Positions 9,785-19,532 of a stretch of DNA of 64,000 nt are shown here, piece after piece. Made by a program: the position numbers and the translations under genes. Origin of the DNA: Candidatus Latescibacterota bacterium (lineage in GTDB: Bacteria > Latescibacterota > UBA2968 > UBA8231); NCBI GenBank assembly GCA_965215195.1, contig CBDCDC010000001.1:512001-576000 (forward strand), in the 5' to 3' direction. The notes beneath the pieces were generated by a model. It saw only the letters and a program-made list of their open reading frames with translations, did not search any database and was not told where the DNA came from. The stretch's first letter is position 1. Every line of letters begins with the position of its first letter.

Positions 9785-10861
9785 TCAGTACACTCCCACC
9801 ACCACCGACTCCTGCAACTCCGTCAGCAGGCGCAGGTCTTTAACCCCATCCCAAGGATACGCATCAATCGGCGCGGCGCGTTCGGCCTCGTCGCGCTCGA
9901 GGAAACGGGGCATGAAAAATTCCTTGGTCAGGGTGGTGAGCATGACTTGGCCGGTCTCGCCGTAGCCGACCTTGCGCGAGGAGTCTTTGGGATCAACCAG
10001 TTCGATGACGGCGCGTGGTTGCGGCGGGTAGTAGGTGATGGCGTATTCGTCAGCCGGATCAAAGGGCTTGGGGCAGGCCAAGCCCATCAGGGTGTTGCCG
10101 TAGGTGGGGACAAAGGCGAGGCCGGGCACCAACTCCTCGCGGGCGAAGCGGTGGAACTGGGCGTTCATTTCCGTGCCGCCGCAGAAGATGCCCTTAACGC
10201 CTAACTTGGGCAGGGAGACTTTTTCGCAGAGGGCTTCGAGGAGGCGGGGGGTGGTGAAGACGCACTGCACGTTGTCGTGGGCTTTGAGGATTTTGAGCGC
10301 CTGATCGACGACGTGGGCCTTGTAGGCTTCGAGTTCGCGCATCTTGCCAGCGCGGATGAGTTCGTTGACCCAGCGCGGATCGAGATCGACCATAAAGCAC
10401 AAGCCGCCGCGGAGTTGGGCCAAGTACTCGATGGCTAGGCGCAGGCGGCGCGGCCCCGAAGGCCCCAGCATCAGCCAGTCGGCCCCCTTGGGAAAACCCG
10501 CCTCGGATAGGCTCTCGCTGTAGAGCGCGTAATCGGTTTGAAAGTCGCGGATGTTGATGCGGTACTTGGGCAAGCCGGTCGAGCCGCCCGTCTCGAAGAC
10601 GTAGATCGGCTCGGCCGCGTAGGCTTTGGGCACCCACTGGCGCACTGGGCCGCCGCGCAGGCACTCGTCCTCAAAGTGGCCGAGCAGGGCCAAGTCGGCA
10701 TAGGAGCGGATTTTCTCGCGCGGGTCAAAGTCGAGCCGCTGTGCGTAGGAGAGCCAAAACGGGCAGCCGGTCGCGGGGCTGAAGTGCCACTCGACGATGG
10801 TGCGGACGTGGGCGTCGAGCCCGGCGCGGGCCGCGGCAATTTTATCGGGGGCGACGCTCAT
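9785..10861 (-). CDS. Atypical adenylating enzyme (EhpF/GriC family)
   Basis: WHFSPATGCPFWL, FETGGSTGLPK P-loop, DLDPRWV, GGTEMN, YGNT, ERDEA and C-terminal GVY match motifs I recall from EhpF. Confidence 0.8.
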   Translation of the reverse strand: MSVAPDKIAAARAGLDAHVRTIVEWHFSPATGCPFWLSYAQRLDFDPREKIRSYADLALLGHFEDECLRGGPVRQWVPKAYAAEPIYVFETGGSTGLPKYRINIRDFQTDYALYSESLSEAGFPKGADWLMLGPSGPRRLRLAIEYLAQLRGGLCFMVDLDPRWVNELIRAGKMRELEAYKAHVVDQALKILKAHDNVQCVFTTPRLLEALCEKVSLPKLGVKGIFCGGTEMNAQFHRFAREELVPGLAFVPTYGNTLMGLACPKPFDPADEYAITYYPPQPRAVIELVDPKDSSRKVGYGETGQVMLTTLTKEFFMPRFLERDEAERAAPIDAYPWDGVKDLRLLTELQESVVVGVY

Positions 10862-12285
10862 TGGCGCTCTTCCGCGATGGCGAAGAGGGTGTTGCGCGAG
10901 GCGATGTACAGCACACCATCGCGGGCGACCGGCGTGGTGTACACGGCACTACCCAGATTGGTTTCCCGTAGTACTTCGAGCGTTTTGCCAGCCTTGAGCA
11001 CATCGACGTCGCCGTCCTCGTCGCCGATATAGACCTTGCCGTCGGCGACAAAGGGCGAGCCCCAGATCGCGGCGAAGGTGTCGTGGGTCCAGTGGTGGGT
11101 GCCGGTCTTGGCGTCGAGGCAATAGACGAAGCCGCTTAGGTCGGCCGCGTAGAGCAGGCCGTCGGCAATGGCGACCGTGGAGATGGTGCGATTGTAGTTT
11201 TCGCCGCCGAAGTGCCAGACTGCGCCCGTCTCGGTGATGTCGCCGGTGCCGCTGGCGTCAATGGCCCACAGGTGCCCTTCGCCTTCGCCGTGCTCGGGGT
11301 CTTGGCCGACGCCGAGATAGACTACTCCGTCGTGAAAAACGGGCGTTGAGACGAGGTTGTTGCGGGTGCCGCGCCCGCCCAATTCCCAGACCGAATCCTT
11401 GGGGTTGCAGTCGAATTTCCAGATCAGCTCGCCGCTGTCGGGCGCGAGGGCATAGACCCAACCGTCGCCGCCGGGGAAGATCACCTGCTTGCGGCCACCA
11501 GCTTCGCCGTAGGCGGGGTTGGACCATTGGCCGTGCAAAATCTGGTCGCCGGGCAGGTCGCTGTCCCAGAGGAGTTGGCCGGTCTGCATGTCGAGGGCGA
11601 TGAAGCTGGGGGCAAAGGGGGCGGGAATGTGGACGTGGCCCTCATCGACTCCGTTGCTGGTCAGGGCGAAGAGGCGACCATCAACGCCCAAGGGCGAACT
11701 GGTGGCGAGGTTGTGGGGGAAGACGTCCAACTCGGCGATCATGTCGAATTTCCAGATCAGATCCGCGTTGGTGGGCGCGGTGGCGGTTTCATCGGCGATG
11801 GGGCCGTCGTTCTCGCCGTCGCGGAAGCCCTCGGTGTCGAGGCATACGACTTCGGCGCGATTGGAGACGTAGTAGAGGCGGTCCCCTTCGACATAAGGGG
11901 TGGAGCAGACGCCCTGCTGCGGCCAGTCGTTGACGCGGCCGGCCGGCAGCTTGGGATGGGCGATTTGCCAGAGGAAGGCTCCGTCCTCTAAGGAAAAGGC
12001 CATGACCACGCCGCGATCGCCCTTGTGGCTGGGATCGCGCTCGGCTTGGTTGTTGGTGCCGACGAAAATTTTGTCGCCGGCGATCAGGGGCCCGGCATAG
12101 GTCTGCGAGCCGAGGGTGGCCCGCCACTTGACGTTTTCGCCGGTCTCGATGTCCCAAGTGGTGGGTAGGTTTTTCTCGTCCGAGGCTTGGTTGCGACTCA
12201 GCGAGCCGCCCCACATCGCGGTTTGGGCACCGGCCGAGGCGGTTAGGACGAGGATGAGGATGAGGCTGCGCGTAGCTGTAGGCAT
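10858..12285 (-). CDS. Secreted PQQ-like beta-propeller repeat protein
   Basis: Signal peptide MPTATRSLILILVLTASAGA; repeated (A/C)LDxxTGxxxW tryptophan-docking motifs; TAATG overlap with the upstream gene. Confidence 0.85.
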   Translation of the reverse strand: MPTATRSLILILVLTASAGAQTAMWGGSLSRNQASDEKNLPTTWDIETGENVKWRATLGSQTYAGPLIAGDKIFVGTNNQAERDPSHKGDRGVVMAFSLEDGAFLWQIAHPKLPAGRVNDWPQQGVCSTPYVEGDRLYYVSNRAEVVCLDTEGFRDGENDGPIADETATAPTNADLIWKFDMIAELDVFPHNLATSSPLGVDGRLFALTSNGVDEGHVHIPAPFAPSFIALDMQTGQLLWDSDLPGDQILHGQWSNPAYGEAGGRKQVIFPGGDGWVYALAPDSGELIWKFDCNPKDSVWELGGRGTRNNLVSTPVFHDGVVYLGVGQDPEHGEGEGHLWAIDASGTGDITETGAVWHFGGENYNRTISTVAIADGLLYAADLSGFVYCLDAKTGTHHWTHDTFAAIWGSPFVADGKVYIGDEDGDVDVLKAGKTLEVLRETNLGSAVYTTPVARDGVLYIASRNTLFAIAEERQ

Positions 12286-14426
12286 TACCAAACTTTCAGG
12301 TTGTCGTAGTAGATTTCGGCCGGAGAATAGCCGTAGATGCCGGGGCTGCCGCTGAGGTTGGGCAGGGGATCGACCGCTTGGATGCTCCACGCGGTCGGCT
12401 CCGGCTCGCCGCGGGGCCAGACCTTGCCGCGAATACGGGCCTTATCGCCCTCGATTTCCACCTGCATCTTCATGGTGTACCAGACGCCAGTTTCCCAAGC
12501 GAAGGGCACGGTTTGGGCCATCCGCAGCTCGGCGGCCCAAGTGCGGACCTGCAACTGCTGGTGGTAGCCCATTAGGTCGAGGGTGTAGCGATGCGCGATC
12601 AGGCCCATGTCCGGGACGGCGCGGCGCTTCTTGGTGCCGAGCAGGTCGGCTTGGATGGTGTAGCCGGCCATGTCGGGTGCGCCGAGATAGGTGTTGGCGC
12701 GGTGCAGGCCGCGGGCCGCGGGCGGTTTGACCAGCACCTTGTTGCCTTGTACTTCGCGCACCTTGAATTTGCTGCCCGTGCCGACCCAAGCTGGTGAGGC
12801 GTCGGCCGCGAATCCCTCGAAGGCTTCGCTGTAGATCGGCGGCGGCAGCACGGCAACGCGCGCCTCGGCAGCCAATTCACCTGCGCTGGCGACGATTTTG
12901 CCGCCGCTGGGTGCGTCCGCGAGCACGAGCACATTGCCGTCGAGTTGGCCGATCGGACCAGCGAGTGTCCATTCGGCCGCAACCGGGCCGATCAGGCGGC
13001 CCTGCGCGTCGAAGGCCCGGGCGCGCAACGACACGCGAGCCCCGGGCTGGGTTACTACTTCAGCGGGGATGATTTGCAGGTGCGCCGGGATTGCGCTTGG
13101 GGGAGCTTGCTCGCGTGGGTAGTTGGCTGCGGTCGCTGCGACCTTGAACGGAGCCTCTGGGTCGCCGAGGCAGTAAACGCCAGCTTCGGTGGAAAGGTAG
13201 ATGCGGCCGTAGGCTACGGCCGGCGAGCCGAACAGCTCGGCTGGGCGGCCGTCGGGCATGGCGATCTCGGCGAGGTTGAGGGTCTGGGCTTGGTCGCGGC
13301 CGGGAGCGACGATGGCGAAGCGACCGTTGACCTCTGGTGCGTAGAGCCGGCCGTCGGCCCACACGGGCGATCCCTTGCCGACGGTGCCGATGTTGTGGAC
13401 CCAGTGTACTTGGCCGCTGGCGGCGTCGAGCGCGTGGATGTTGGCCGAGTTGTCGATGATGTACAAGCGACCGTCGTAAAAGACCGGGCTGCTGTAACCG
13501 GCGAAGACGCCGTCGTAGCGCCAGACTTCGCGGCCGGTGGCGTCGATGCACACGACGCGGCCGAGGGCGGTGTTGTCGAGGTTTTCTTCGCTGTGGGCCG
13601 CGTACACCTTGTCGCCAGCGACGACGACCGAGGAGTTGATGCCGCGCCGACTGAGCGCAAAGCCCCACACCGTCTCGCCCGTGCGGATTTTCAGGGCATA
13701 GATGGAGCCGTCGGCGTTGCCGGCGATGAGCAGGCGCACGCCGTTGATGGTGGCGACGACGGGTACTGAGTACGTGGTGTCGAGGGGCCGGCCCCCCGGG
13801 GTGGCGATCCAGACGACTTCGCCGCTGCGCTTGTCAAAGGCGAAGTAGCGATGGCGGCCCGGGGTGTGGCTGCCCCAATTGGAGCTGAGGTAGCTGATGA
13901 TGACGAGGTCTTCATCGACGACGGGCGTGTGGATGCGGCCGCCGTAGCCGGAGATGCGCCCGAACTCCTCGGTCAGCGAGCGCGACCAGACGACCTTGCC
14001 ATCGCGGTCGAAGCAAAAGAACAGCCCGCTGACGGTGTGGCCATAGACATAGCCGGTCTCTGGGTCGCCAGCGAGGCTGGCCCAGCCGACGCGGTTGAAG
14101 GGGATGGTGGTGTGGAAGATGTTGTAGGCGTACTCCCACAGCGGGGTGCCGTCTTGGGCGTCAAAAGCGGCGACGACGCCTTCCTCCGCGATGCCCTCGC
14201 CGCGCCGGCCAATGACAAAGACCCGGCCATTGAGGACGATGGGGGTCGAGCGGCCGGTGAATGCGGCGTGCCAGATAGGCGACCAAGATGCGACGAGGCC
14301 GGTCTCTTCGGAGACGCCGTTTTGCGCTGGGCCGCGCCAAGAGGGCCAGTCGGCTGGGTAGGCGCTGGAAGTGGCGAACAGGAGGCCAAGAAGGGCGTAG
14401 GGAAGTTGCAAGCGGAGGTTGGACAC
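12285..14426 (-). CDS. Secreted PQQ-like beta-propeller protein with C-terminal Ig-like and lectin/LamG-like domains
   Basis: Signal peptide, DWPSWRGP start typical of BamB-like propellers, repeated FDxxxGxxxW motifs, beta-rich C-terminus ending YYDNLKV. Confidence 0.85.
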   Translation of the reverse strand: MSNLRLQLPYALLGLLFATSSAYPADWPSWRGPAQNGVSEETGLVASWSPIWHAAFTGRSTPIVLNGRVFVIGRRGEGIAEEGVVAAFDAQDGTPLWEYAYNIFHTTIPFNRVGWASLAGDPETGYVYGHTVSGLFFCFDRDGKVVWSRSLTEEFGRISGYGGRIHTPVVDEDLVIISYLSSNWGSHTPGRHRYFAFDKRSGEVVWIATPGGRPLDTTYSVPVVATINGVRLLIAGNADGSIYALKIRTGETVWGFALSRRGINSSVVVAGDKVYAAHSEENLDNTALGRVVCIDATGREVWRYDGVFAGYSSPVFYDGRLYIIDNSANIHALDAASGQVHWVHNIGTVGKGSPVWADGRLYAPEVNGRFAIVAPGRDQAQTLNLAEIAMPDGRPAELFGSPAVAYGRIYLSTEAGVYCLGDPEAPFKVAATAANYPREQAPPSAIPAHLQIIPAEVVTQPGARVSLRARAFDAQGRLIGPVAAEWTLAGPIGQLDGNVLVLADAPSGGKIVASAGELAAEARVAVLPPPIYSEAFEGFAADASPAWVGTGSKFKVREVQGNKVLVKPPAARGLHRANTYLGAPDMAGYTIQADLLGTKKRRAVPDMGLIAHRYTLDLMGYHQQLQVRTWAAELRMAQTVPFAWETGVWYTMKMQVEIEGDKARIRGKVWPRGEPEPTAWSIQAVDPLPNLSGSPGIYGYSPAEIYYDNLKVW

Positions 14427-14638
14427 GGCTAGTCCTTGGTAGAGCGGGAATGGAGGTTAAACATTTAGGTACGCCCGGGTGCCTTGGATTGTAGGAAATA
14501 ACGATCGTTACCCACGAGGAGCACCAACGTCTGAACGATGCCTAACATTAGGTACATAAAAAGGCTGCCAATCCTTGTCAATTAGCGGCCCGGTGTGCAA
14601 CTTGTCCGAGTCCATTCAAATAGGAGGATTTAGAAGCT

Positions 14639-15850
14639 ATGAGCAGTCAAAAAGACTACATCGTCCGCGCCACCCACTGTAGCCACCAAGCGTCGCTGGA
14701 TGCGATCTACGACAGGCTGGTGGCGATCACCGCGCCCTTGCACCGGTCGTGGGCCAAGATCGAAAAGGCGCGGCGAATCGGCATCAAGATCAACATGCAG
14801 ATGCGCACCCATAATATCCGCCGGATCGGCGGGCGGCGGCAGGAATTGGTGGACGACGACGTGATGCGGGCGGTGCTGCGGCTTTTGCGGGAGCGCAGCA
14901 ACGCGGAGATATTCGCGCTCGATACCAGCGCTGCGCGGCCGGGCGAGCGCCCGGGCGACGATTTCAATGCCGGGCCGATCTTGGAGGAATTCGGCGTCGA
15001 ATACGTCGAGGCCGGCGACCCGCCCTTTGAGCGTTACAAAGTGCCCAACGGCGGGATCATGTTTTCCGAGTACCAGCTTTCGGCCGCCTTGGGCGAGGCC
15101 GACGCCTTTGTGTCGCTGGCCAAGATGAAAAATCACGGCTTCATGGGCATCACCCTGTGCCTGAAAAATCTCTTTGGCCTGCCGCCAATCCCGCCGCACG
15201 GCCGGCTGCGCACGTACTTCCACCACGTCATTCGCCTCTCGTATGTCCTGCCCGACTTGGGGCTGATTGCCCAGCCTTGCCTCAACATCATCGACGGCCT
15301 GACCGGGCAAGCGCGCATGGAATGGGGCGGCGAGGGCCGGATCGCCGACTGCTTGGTCGCTGGCGATCACGTCATTGCCACTGACGCCTGCGGCTCCTAC
15401 CTGATGGGCACCGACCCCCGGCTTGATTGGCCGACGCCACCGTTTCGCCGCGACCGCAGTCCGGTGGCCGTGGCGGCCGAGCACGGCTTCGGGACGGTGG
15501 ATATGGACGAAATCGACTTTGCCATGGACGGCCTGACGCCGCCGGTAGCCGAGTTCGATTCGGCTGAAGCCGAGCCGCCGGAGCAGATCGCGCTGTTGCG
15601 GCGCACCGCCAGCGAGCAGGCCCTTTTTTACCGCGACCACTGCGAGCGGATTTGGGACGCCCACGCCGGCAATTACGTCTTTTTGCAGGATGGCGAGGTG
15701 ATTTGGAGCGGGCTTAAGCCCGAGGAAGCGGGGGCCGTGCAGCACGTCGCCGCGGGCAAAAAGGATCAGGCGGTTTGGCTCAAACTGGCCGATCCAGAAG
15801 AGCGCGAGGGCGAGCGGATGGAGGTGTACGAGAAAATTTTAGCGGCCTAA
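14639..15850 (+). CDS. DUF362 family protein with a DUF5678-like C-terminal extension
   Basis: IKIN, SLAKMKNH, ITLCLKNLFG, NIIDGL, VIATDA motifs; TAGGAGG SD. Confidence 0.75.
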   Translation: MSSQKDYIVRATHCSHQASLDAIYDRLVAITAPLHRSWAKIEKARRIGIKINMQMRTHNIRRIGGRRQELVDDDVMRAVLRLLRERSNAEIFALDTSAARPGERPGDDFNAGPILEEFGVEYVEAGDPPFERYKVPNGGIMFSEYQLSAALGEADAFVSLAKMKNHGFMGITLCLKNLFGLPPIPPHGRLRTYFHHVIRLSYVLPDLGLIAQPCLNIIDGLTGQARMEWGGEGRIADCLVAGDHVIATDACGSYLMGTDPRLDWPTPPFRRDRSPVAVAAEHGFGTVDMDEIDFAMDGLTPPVAEFDSAEAEPPEQIALLRRTASEQALFYRDHCERIWDAHAGNYVFLQDGEVIWSGLKPEEAGAVQHVAAGKKDQAVWLKLADPEEREGERMEVYEKILAA

Positions 15851-15905
15851 CGGGAGGGGATTAGTCGGCTCTATGGCTTTGAGCCAACCGCCGCTAACGC
15901 TGCGC

Positions 15906-16889
15906 TCATCGCGCCTCTCGCTCCACCAGTGCGCTGATGGCTTCGAGATCGAGGTCGCTGCCGTCATGGGGATAGGCGTAGGGCAGGAGCCACCAGTCCT
16001 CGGTGAAGGATGCCTCGCGGCCGGGCGGAATATCCTCACGCGGGCCGATTGGCTCCAACTCGCACATCAGATTCTCGTAGTACCATATCGAGATCGTCAG
16101 CCCGGCCAGTTCGCCATAGGGGCGGTCCGGGTACACCGGATAGCGCTTGACCCACAGCAGGTCGTTGCGGTCGAGATAGGCAAACCATCCGGCTTGCGAG
16201 TCCATGCCGAGCTTGGGGCGCAAGGGGGTGGCGAGGACTTCGAGAAAGTTGTCGCGGATGCGGATGTTGGGGTCTTCGGGGCGGTAGTTGATGACCGGGC
16301 CGGGGCCGTACATGACGTAGGAGGCCGGGAAGCGGCTCGCAGGCGTCAGGGGAATGAGCACGATGCCGCCGCCGGTGCCAAAGGTGCGGCTCCAGTGGCC
16401 CCAGTGCTTTTCGCGGTCGGAGACATTTTTGATGGTCTGGGTGACGCGCAAGTGCGTGGAGTGCTCGGCGAGCTGGAAGTCGCGAATGAGCTGGACGCCG
16501 GTAGGCTCGTCCTTTTTGCTGATCAGGCGCGCCGAGCGCGGGCCGGTGATCTGGCTTTCCCACGGTCCGAGCCAAAGGTCGGGGTGGGCGGGGATGACCA
16601 TTTCCGGGCCGATGTCGAGGCGGCCGCCAGTGGGACCAAAAGGAGGGTCGCCGTCGGCAAAGGTCGCGCCTTCTTGCGCGGGGTCGAGGTAGATGGCGTT
16701 GGGACCTTTGCGCGAGTATTCGAGGACGCGACCGGCCGATGCGGTGAGGACGACGCGGGTGTGGGCGTTTTCGAGGCGGATGCAGTCTTCGTAGCCGAAG
16801 TAGGTGATGCGGTCGGTTCCGGGCATGTTGTGGTCGGCCTTAGCTTGGGTGGCGGCGAGGGTGAGGACTAGAAGCATTAGTCGGCGCAT
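15906..16889 (-). CDS. Secreted hypothetical protein (galactose-mutarotase-like / DUF4380-like)
   Basis: Signal peptide, GRVLEY, GGRLDIGP, VTQTIKN, CELEPIGP, FTEDW beta-sandwich pattern. Confidence 0.55.
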   Translation of the reverse strand: MRRLMLLVLTLAATQAKADHNMPGTDRITYFGYEDCIRLENAHTRVVLTASAGRVLEYSRKGPNAIYLDPAQEGATFADGDPPFGPTGGRLDIGPEMVIPAHPDLWLGPWESQITGPRSARLISKKDEPTGVQLIRDFQLAEHSTHLRVTQTIKNVSDREKHWGHWSRTFGTGGGIVLIPLTPASRFPASYVMYGPGPVINYRPEDPNIRIRDNFLEVLATPLRPKLGMDSQAGWFAYLDRNDLLWVKRYPVYPDRPYGELAGLTISIWYYENLMCELEPIGPREDIPPGREASFTEDWWLLPYAYPHDGSDLDLEAISALVEREAR

Positions 16890-16901
16890 AGCGTGTTTTC
16901 C

Positions 16902-17876
16902 TTACTCGTTGGGGTTGACAATGACGCGCCCTTGCACTTTGCCCGCTAGGATGTCCTTGCCGAGACGGGGGACGTCGGCTAAACCGACCTCAGTGCAGAT
17001 GCGATCTAATTTTTCCAAGGGCAATTCGGTGGCTAGACGCGCCCAAGCGGCTGCGCGGCGCTCGGCCGGGTAGAAGACCGAGTCAATGCCGAGGATGTTG
17101 ACGCCGCGCAGCAAGAAGGGGATGACGGTGGTTGCGAATTGGGCGCCGCCGGCCAAGCCCACGGCCGCGACGGAAGCTCCGTAGTTCATCTGGGCCAAGG
17201 CGCGGGCCAAGGTGGTGCCGCCGACCGAGTCGATGCAGGCGGCCCAGCGCGCACTTTCTAACGGTTTGTTGGATGGCTCGGCGAGGGCTTGGCGCGGGAT
17301 GATGGTCTGGGCACCGAGGTCTTTTAGATAGGGTTCGAGTTCGGGGCGGCCAGTGGACGCGGCGACTTGGTAGCCCAGCGCGGCGAGCAGTAAAACGGAT
17401 AGGGAACCAACGCCGCCGGCCGCGCCGGTGACGAGGACTTCCCCCTTGTCGGACGCGAGGCCGTGGGCTTCGAGGGCTTCTAAGGAGATGGCCGCGGTCA
17501 GGCCGGCCGCACCCAAGCCCATGGCAGTGCGCAGCGTCAGACCGGCGGGCAGGGGCACGAGCCAGTCGGCCTTGAGCCGCGCCTTTTGCGCGTACCCGCC
17601 CCAGTGGATTTCGCCGACGCGCCAGCCCGTGCATATAACTGGGTCGCCGCGTTGGAACTGGTCGCTCTGGCTGTGGACGACGGTGCCGGCGAGGTCAAGG
17701 CCGGGGACGTGGGGATAGGTTTTGACCAAGCCGCCTTGGCCGTTGAGGATCAATCCGTCCTTGTAGTTGAGCGAGGAATAGGCGACGGCGATTTCTACGT
17801 CGCCGGCGGGCAGGCGGCTTTCGTCGAGTTCTTCGATGAGGGCCGAGTGCTCGTGTAAGATGAGTGCTTTGAACAT
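16902..17876 (-). CDS. acuI: Acryloyl-CoA reductase AcuI/YhdH (MDR family)
   Basis: YSSLNYKDGL, PGLDLAG, GWRVGEIHWGGYAQ, VTGAAGGVGS, PFLLRGVNILGIDSV. Start at MFKAL. Confidence 0.88.
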   Translation of the reverse strand: MFKALILHEHSALIEELDESRLPAGDVEIAVAYSSLNYKDGLILNGQGGLVKTYPHVPGLDLAGTVVHSQSDQFQRGDPVICTGWRVGEIHWGGYAQKARLKADWLVPLPAGLTLRTAMGLGAAGLTAAISLEALEAHGLASDKGEVLVTGAAGGVGSLSVLLLAALGYQVAASTGRPELEPYLKDLGAQTIIPRQALAEPSNKPLESARWAACIDSVGGTTLARALAQMNYGASVAAVGLAGGAQFATTVIPFLLRGVNILGIDSVFYPAERRAAAWARLATELPLEKLDRICTEVGLADVPRLGKDILAGKVQGRVIVNPNE

Positions 17877-17967
17877 GGTCTTTATAGGTTTGAAAGAGGG
17901 GTAATGGGTTCGTTGGAGTGCCAATGCGTCCCGACCGGATTGTCCCGTTTGGTCGTCGAATCCACAC

Positions 17968-18213
17968 TTAGTTGTCGGCATAGGGACTGTATAGCACGGA
18001 AGCCGGCAGTGTCATCGGTGGTTCTCCGACTCGTTTGATTAGGTACGGCCCGCGCCCGAAACGCTGTACGGCGTTGTCGGCTGCCACTTCAAACGAGTCA
18101 TAGATCCCGGCCAGTTTCTCGTCATGTACAACGACCCACTCACCGAAGTGCTCTAATTCGAGGTCGGTACGCAGGCGTTCGTACGCGGCGATTTCTTGTT
18201 TTAGCCTAGGCAT
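17968..18213 (-). CDS. Small DUF5678-like protein, cut off from its SD and promoter by an IS
   Basis: MPRLKQEIAAYERLRTDLELEHFGEWVVVHDEKLAGIYDSFEVA...GPYLIKRVG. Removing the IS restores AAGGAGGCATATTATG. Confidence 0.7.
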   Translation of the reverse strand: MPRLKQEIAAYERLRTDLELEHFGEWVVVHDEKLAGIYDSFEVAADNAVQRFGRGPYLIKRVGEPPMTLPASVLYSPYADN

Positions 18214-18217
18214 AATA

Positions 18218-19102
18218 ACCAATGGTGCTAGTGAGTTGACCGTGGTCAAGGTAGTTCCTACGCTGAGGGTATCCCCCCTTTCAGCGAAGGAGCGTCCCAT
18301 GACCACGGCCGAGTTTATAATAGCCCTGTTCTGTCGAATCGACCACCAGATGGGCGATGTGCCCAAACACCCCCAAGCCGCCTTATATCCCAGCGAAACG
18401 GTGACCTTGGCGGTTCTGTATGCGCTCAAAGGGGGCGGCAAACGGGCGTTTTATCGCTGGGTAGCGCGCGATTGGCGCGCCTTTTTTCCGCGCCTGCCCG
18501 AGCGCACCCGCTTGTTCCGCCTGTTTGCCGCCCATGCGGACTGGACCGATCGCTTTCGAGCGGACCCCACCCCTTTAGGCGTGATCGATAGCTATGGCAT
18601 CGAGTTGATCCATCCAGTACGCGAAGGCCGCTCCGCTCACCCTATCGGCCGGAAAGGGCGGTCCAATCACCGCTGGATCGTCGGCGGCAAGCTGGGCTTG
18701 ATCGTCAACCAATGGGGCTTGATCGTCGATTGGGATTGTAATACCGCCAATGTCCACGATACGGTCTTTCACCCGATGATTGGCCGCTACGAAGAGCAGA
18801 TGATCCTCCTCAGCGACCAAGGCTTTCATGCCAAAGCCGGTGATCCGGCCAATCTGAAAGTGTGTCCCCGCAAAACGTGGGGCGAGCGTATGGTCATCGA
18901 GACCGTCTTTTCCATGCTGACCCGCATCGGGCACTTCAAGCGACAGACCCATCGAGCCTGGGCCTACTTTAGAGCGCATCTGAGCTTTGCCATGGCCACC
19001 TTCAACCTGCTGGTTCAGTGGCACGGGTTGCAACCCGATGAAAATGGATTCGTCCGCTTGTCCATCGCGGAATTTAGCTTGTAGCCCACTAGCACCATTG
19101 GT
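18218..19102 (+). mobile_element. IS982-like insertion sequence, copy 1 (885 bp)
   Basis: Terminal IRs ACCAATGGTGCTAGTG / CACTAGCACCATTGGT; 5-bp TSD TAATA at 18213-18217 and 19103-19107; single DDE transposase. Confidence 0.9.
18299..19084 (+). CDS. DDE transposase (IS982-like)
   Basis: IDSYGIE (D), LSDQGF (D), RMVIETVFS (E); start MTTAEF after AAGGAG. Confidence 0.88.
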   Translation: MTTAEFIIALFCRIDHQMGDVPKHPQAALYPSETVTLAVLYALKGGGKRAFYRWVARDWRAFFPRLPERTRLFRLFAAHADWTDRFRADPTPLGVIDSYGIELIHPVREGRSAHPIGRKGRSNHRWIVGGKLGLIVNQWGLIVDWDCNTANVHDTVFHPMIGRYEEQMILLSDQGFHAKAGDPANLKVCPRKTWGERMVIETVFSMLTRIGHFKRQTHRAWAYFRAHLSFAMATFNLLVQWHGLQPDENGFVRLSIAEFSL

Positions 19103-19132
19103 TAATATGCCTCCTTCTTAAGTATTACTTGC

Positions 19133-19161
19133 AGCGTACCATGCTCAAATCGTCGTGTCAA
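19133..19161 (-). promoter_or_regulatory. Sigma-70 promoter of the DUF5678 gene, now pointing antisense into the IS
   Basis: Minus strand TTGACA-17 bp-TACGCT with TG extension, upstream of the AGGAGG SD near 19110. Confidence 0.6.
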
Positions 19162-19532
19162 GATTCCCGCTTGAACAAGCTCACGAAAATACGCCGTACT
19201 CGAGGCGACCGAGGAGGTTTTCGACCTCGCGGGCACCTTATGGGTTTATTTTTTTGCTTAGACGATGAAGACATGATGGGAGCGCATCCTCCTTTTCGCG
19301 AAGGAATTGAGGCTATATTGCCATGTAAGATGGGCCGTATGGCGTTATGGCAAACTTATAGCGTTTTCGCCCCCACCTCCGGCTCGTTGTGGACTAACTT
19401 CCTCAGATTGGGAGATGGCGAACAGAAGGTAATAGATCGCGCCTGTCCATGCCGAAGCTAGTTGCAAAAGCGGACCATCTCCCACCGACCAAGGAGGGGC
19501 TAAGAGGTTCTTTCAACTAGCGCAAGCGGTGT

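Noticed and set aside
7191-10861. lux (luxCE) or phenazine biosynthesis cluster
   Set aside because: No luxAB/D or phz core genes in the window; only the reductase-like pair is present.
14455-14556. Repeated AACATT(T)AGGTAC motif in a divergent intergenic region
   Set aside because: Only two imperfect copies and no identifiable regulator; it may be an operator but is unsupported.
19170-19290. Possible small-gene remnant on the minus strand (AGGAGG, MSSSSKQK..., AREVENLLGRLEYGVFS*)
   Set aside because: The fragments are too short to assign to a family without a search.
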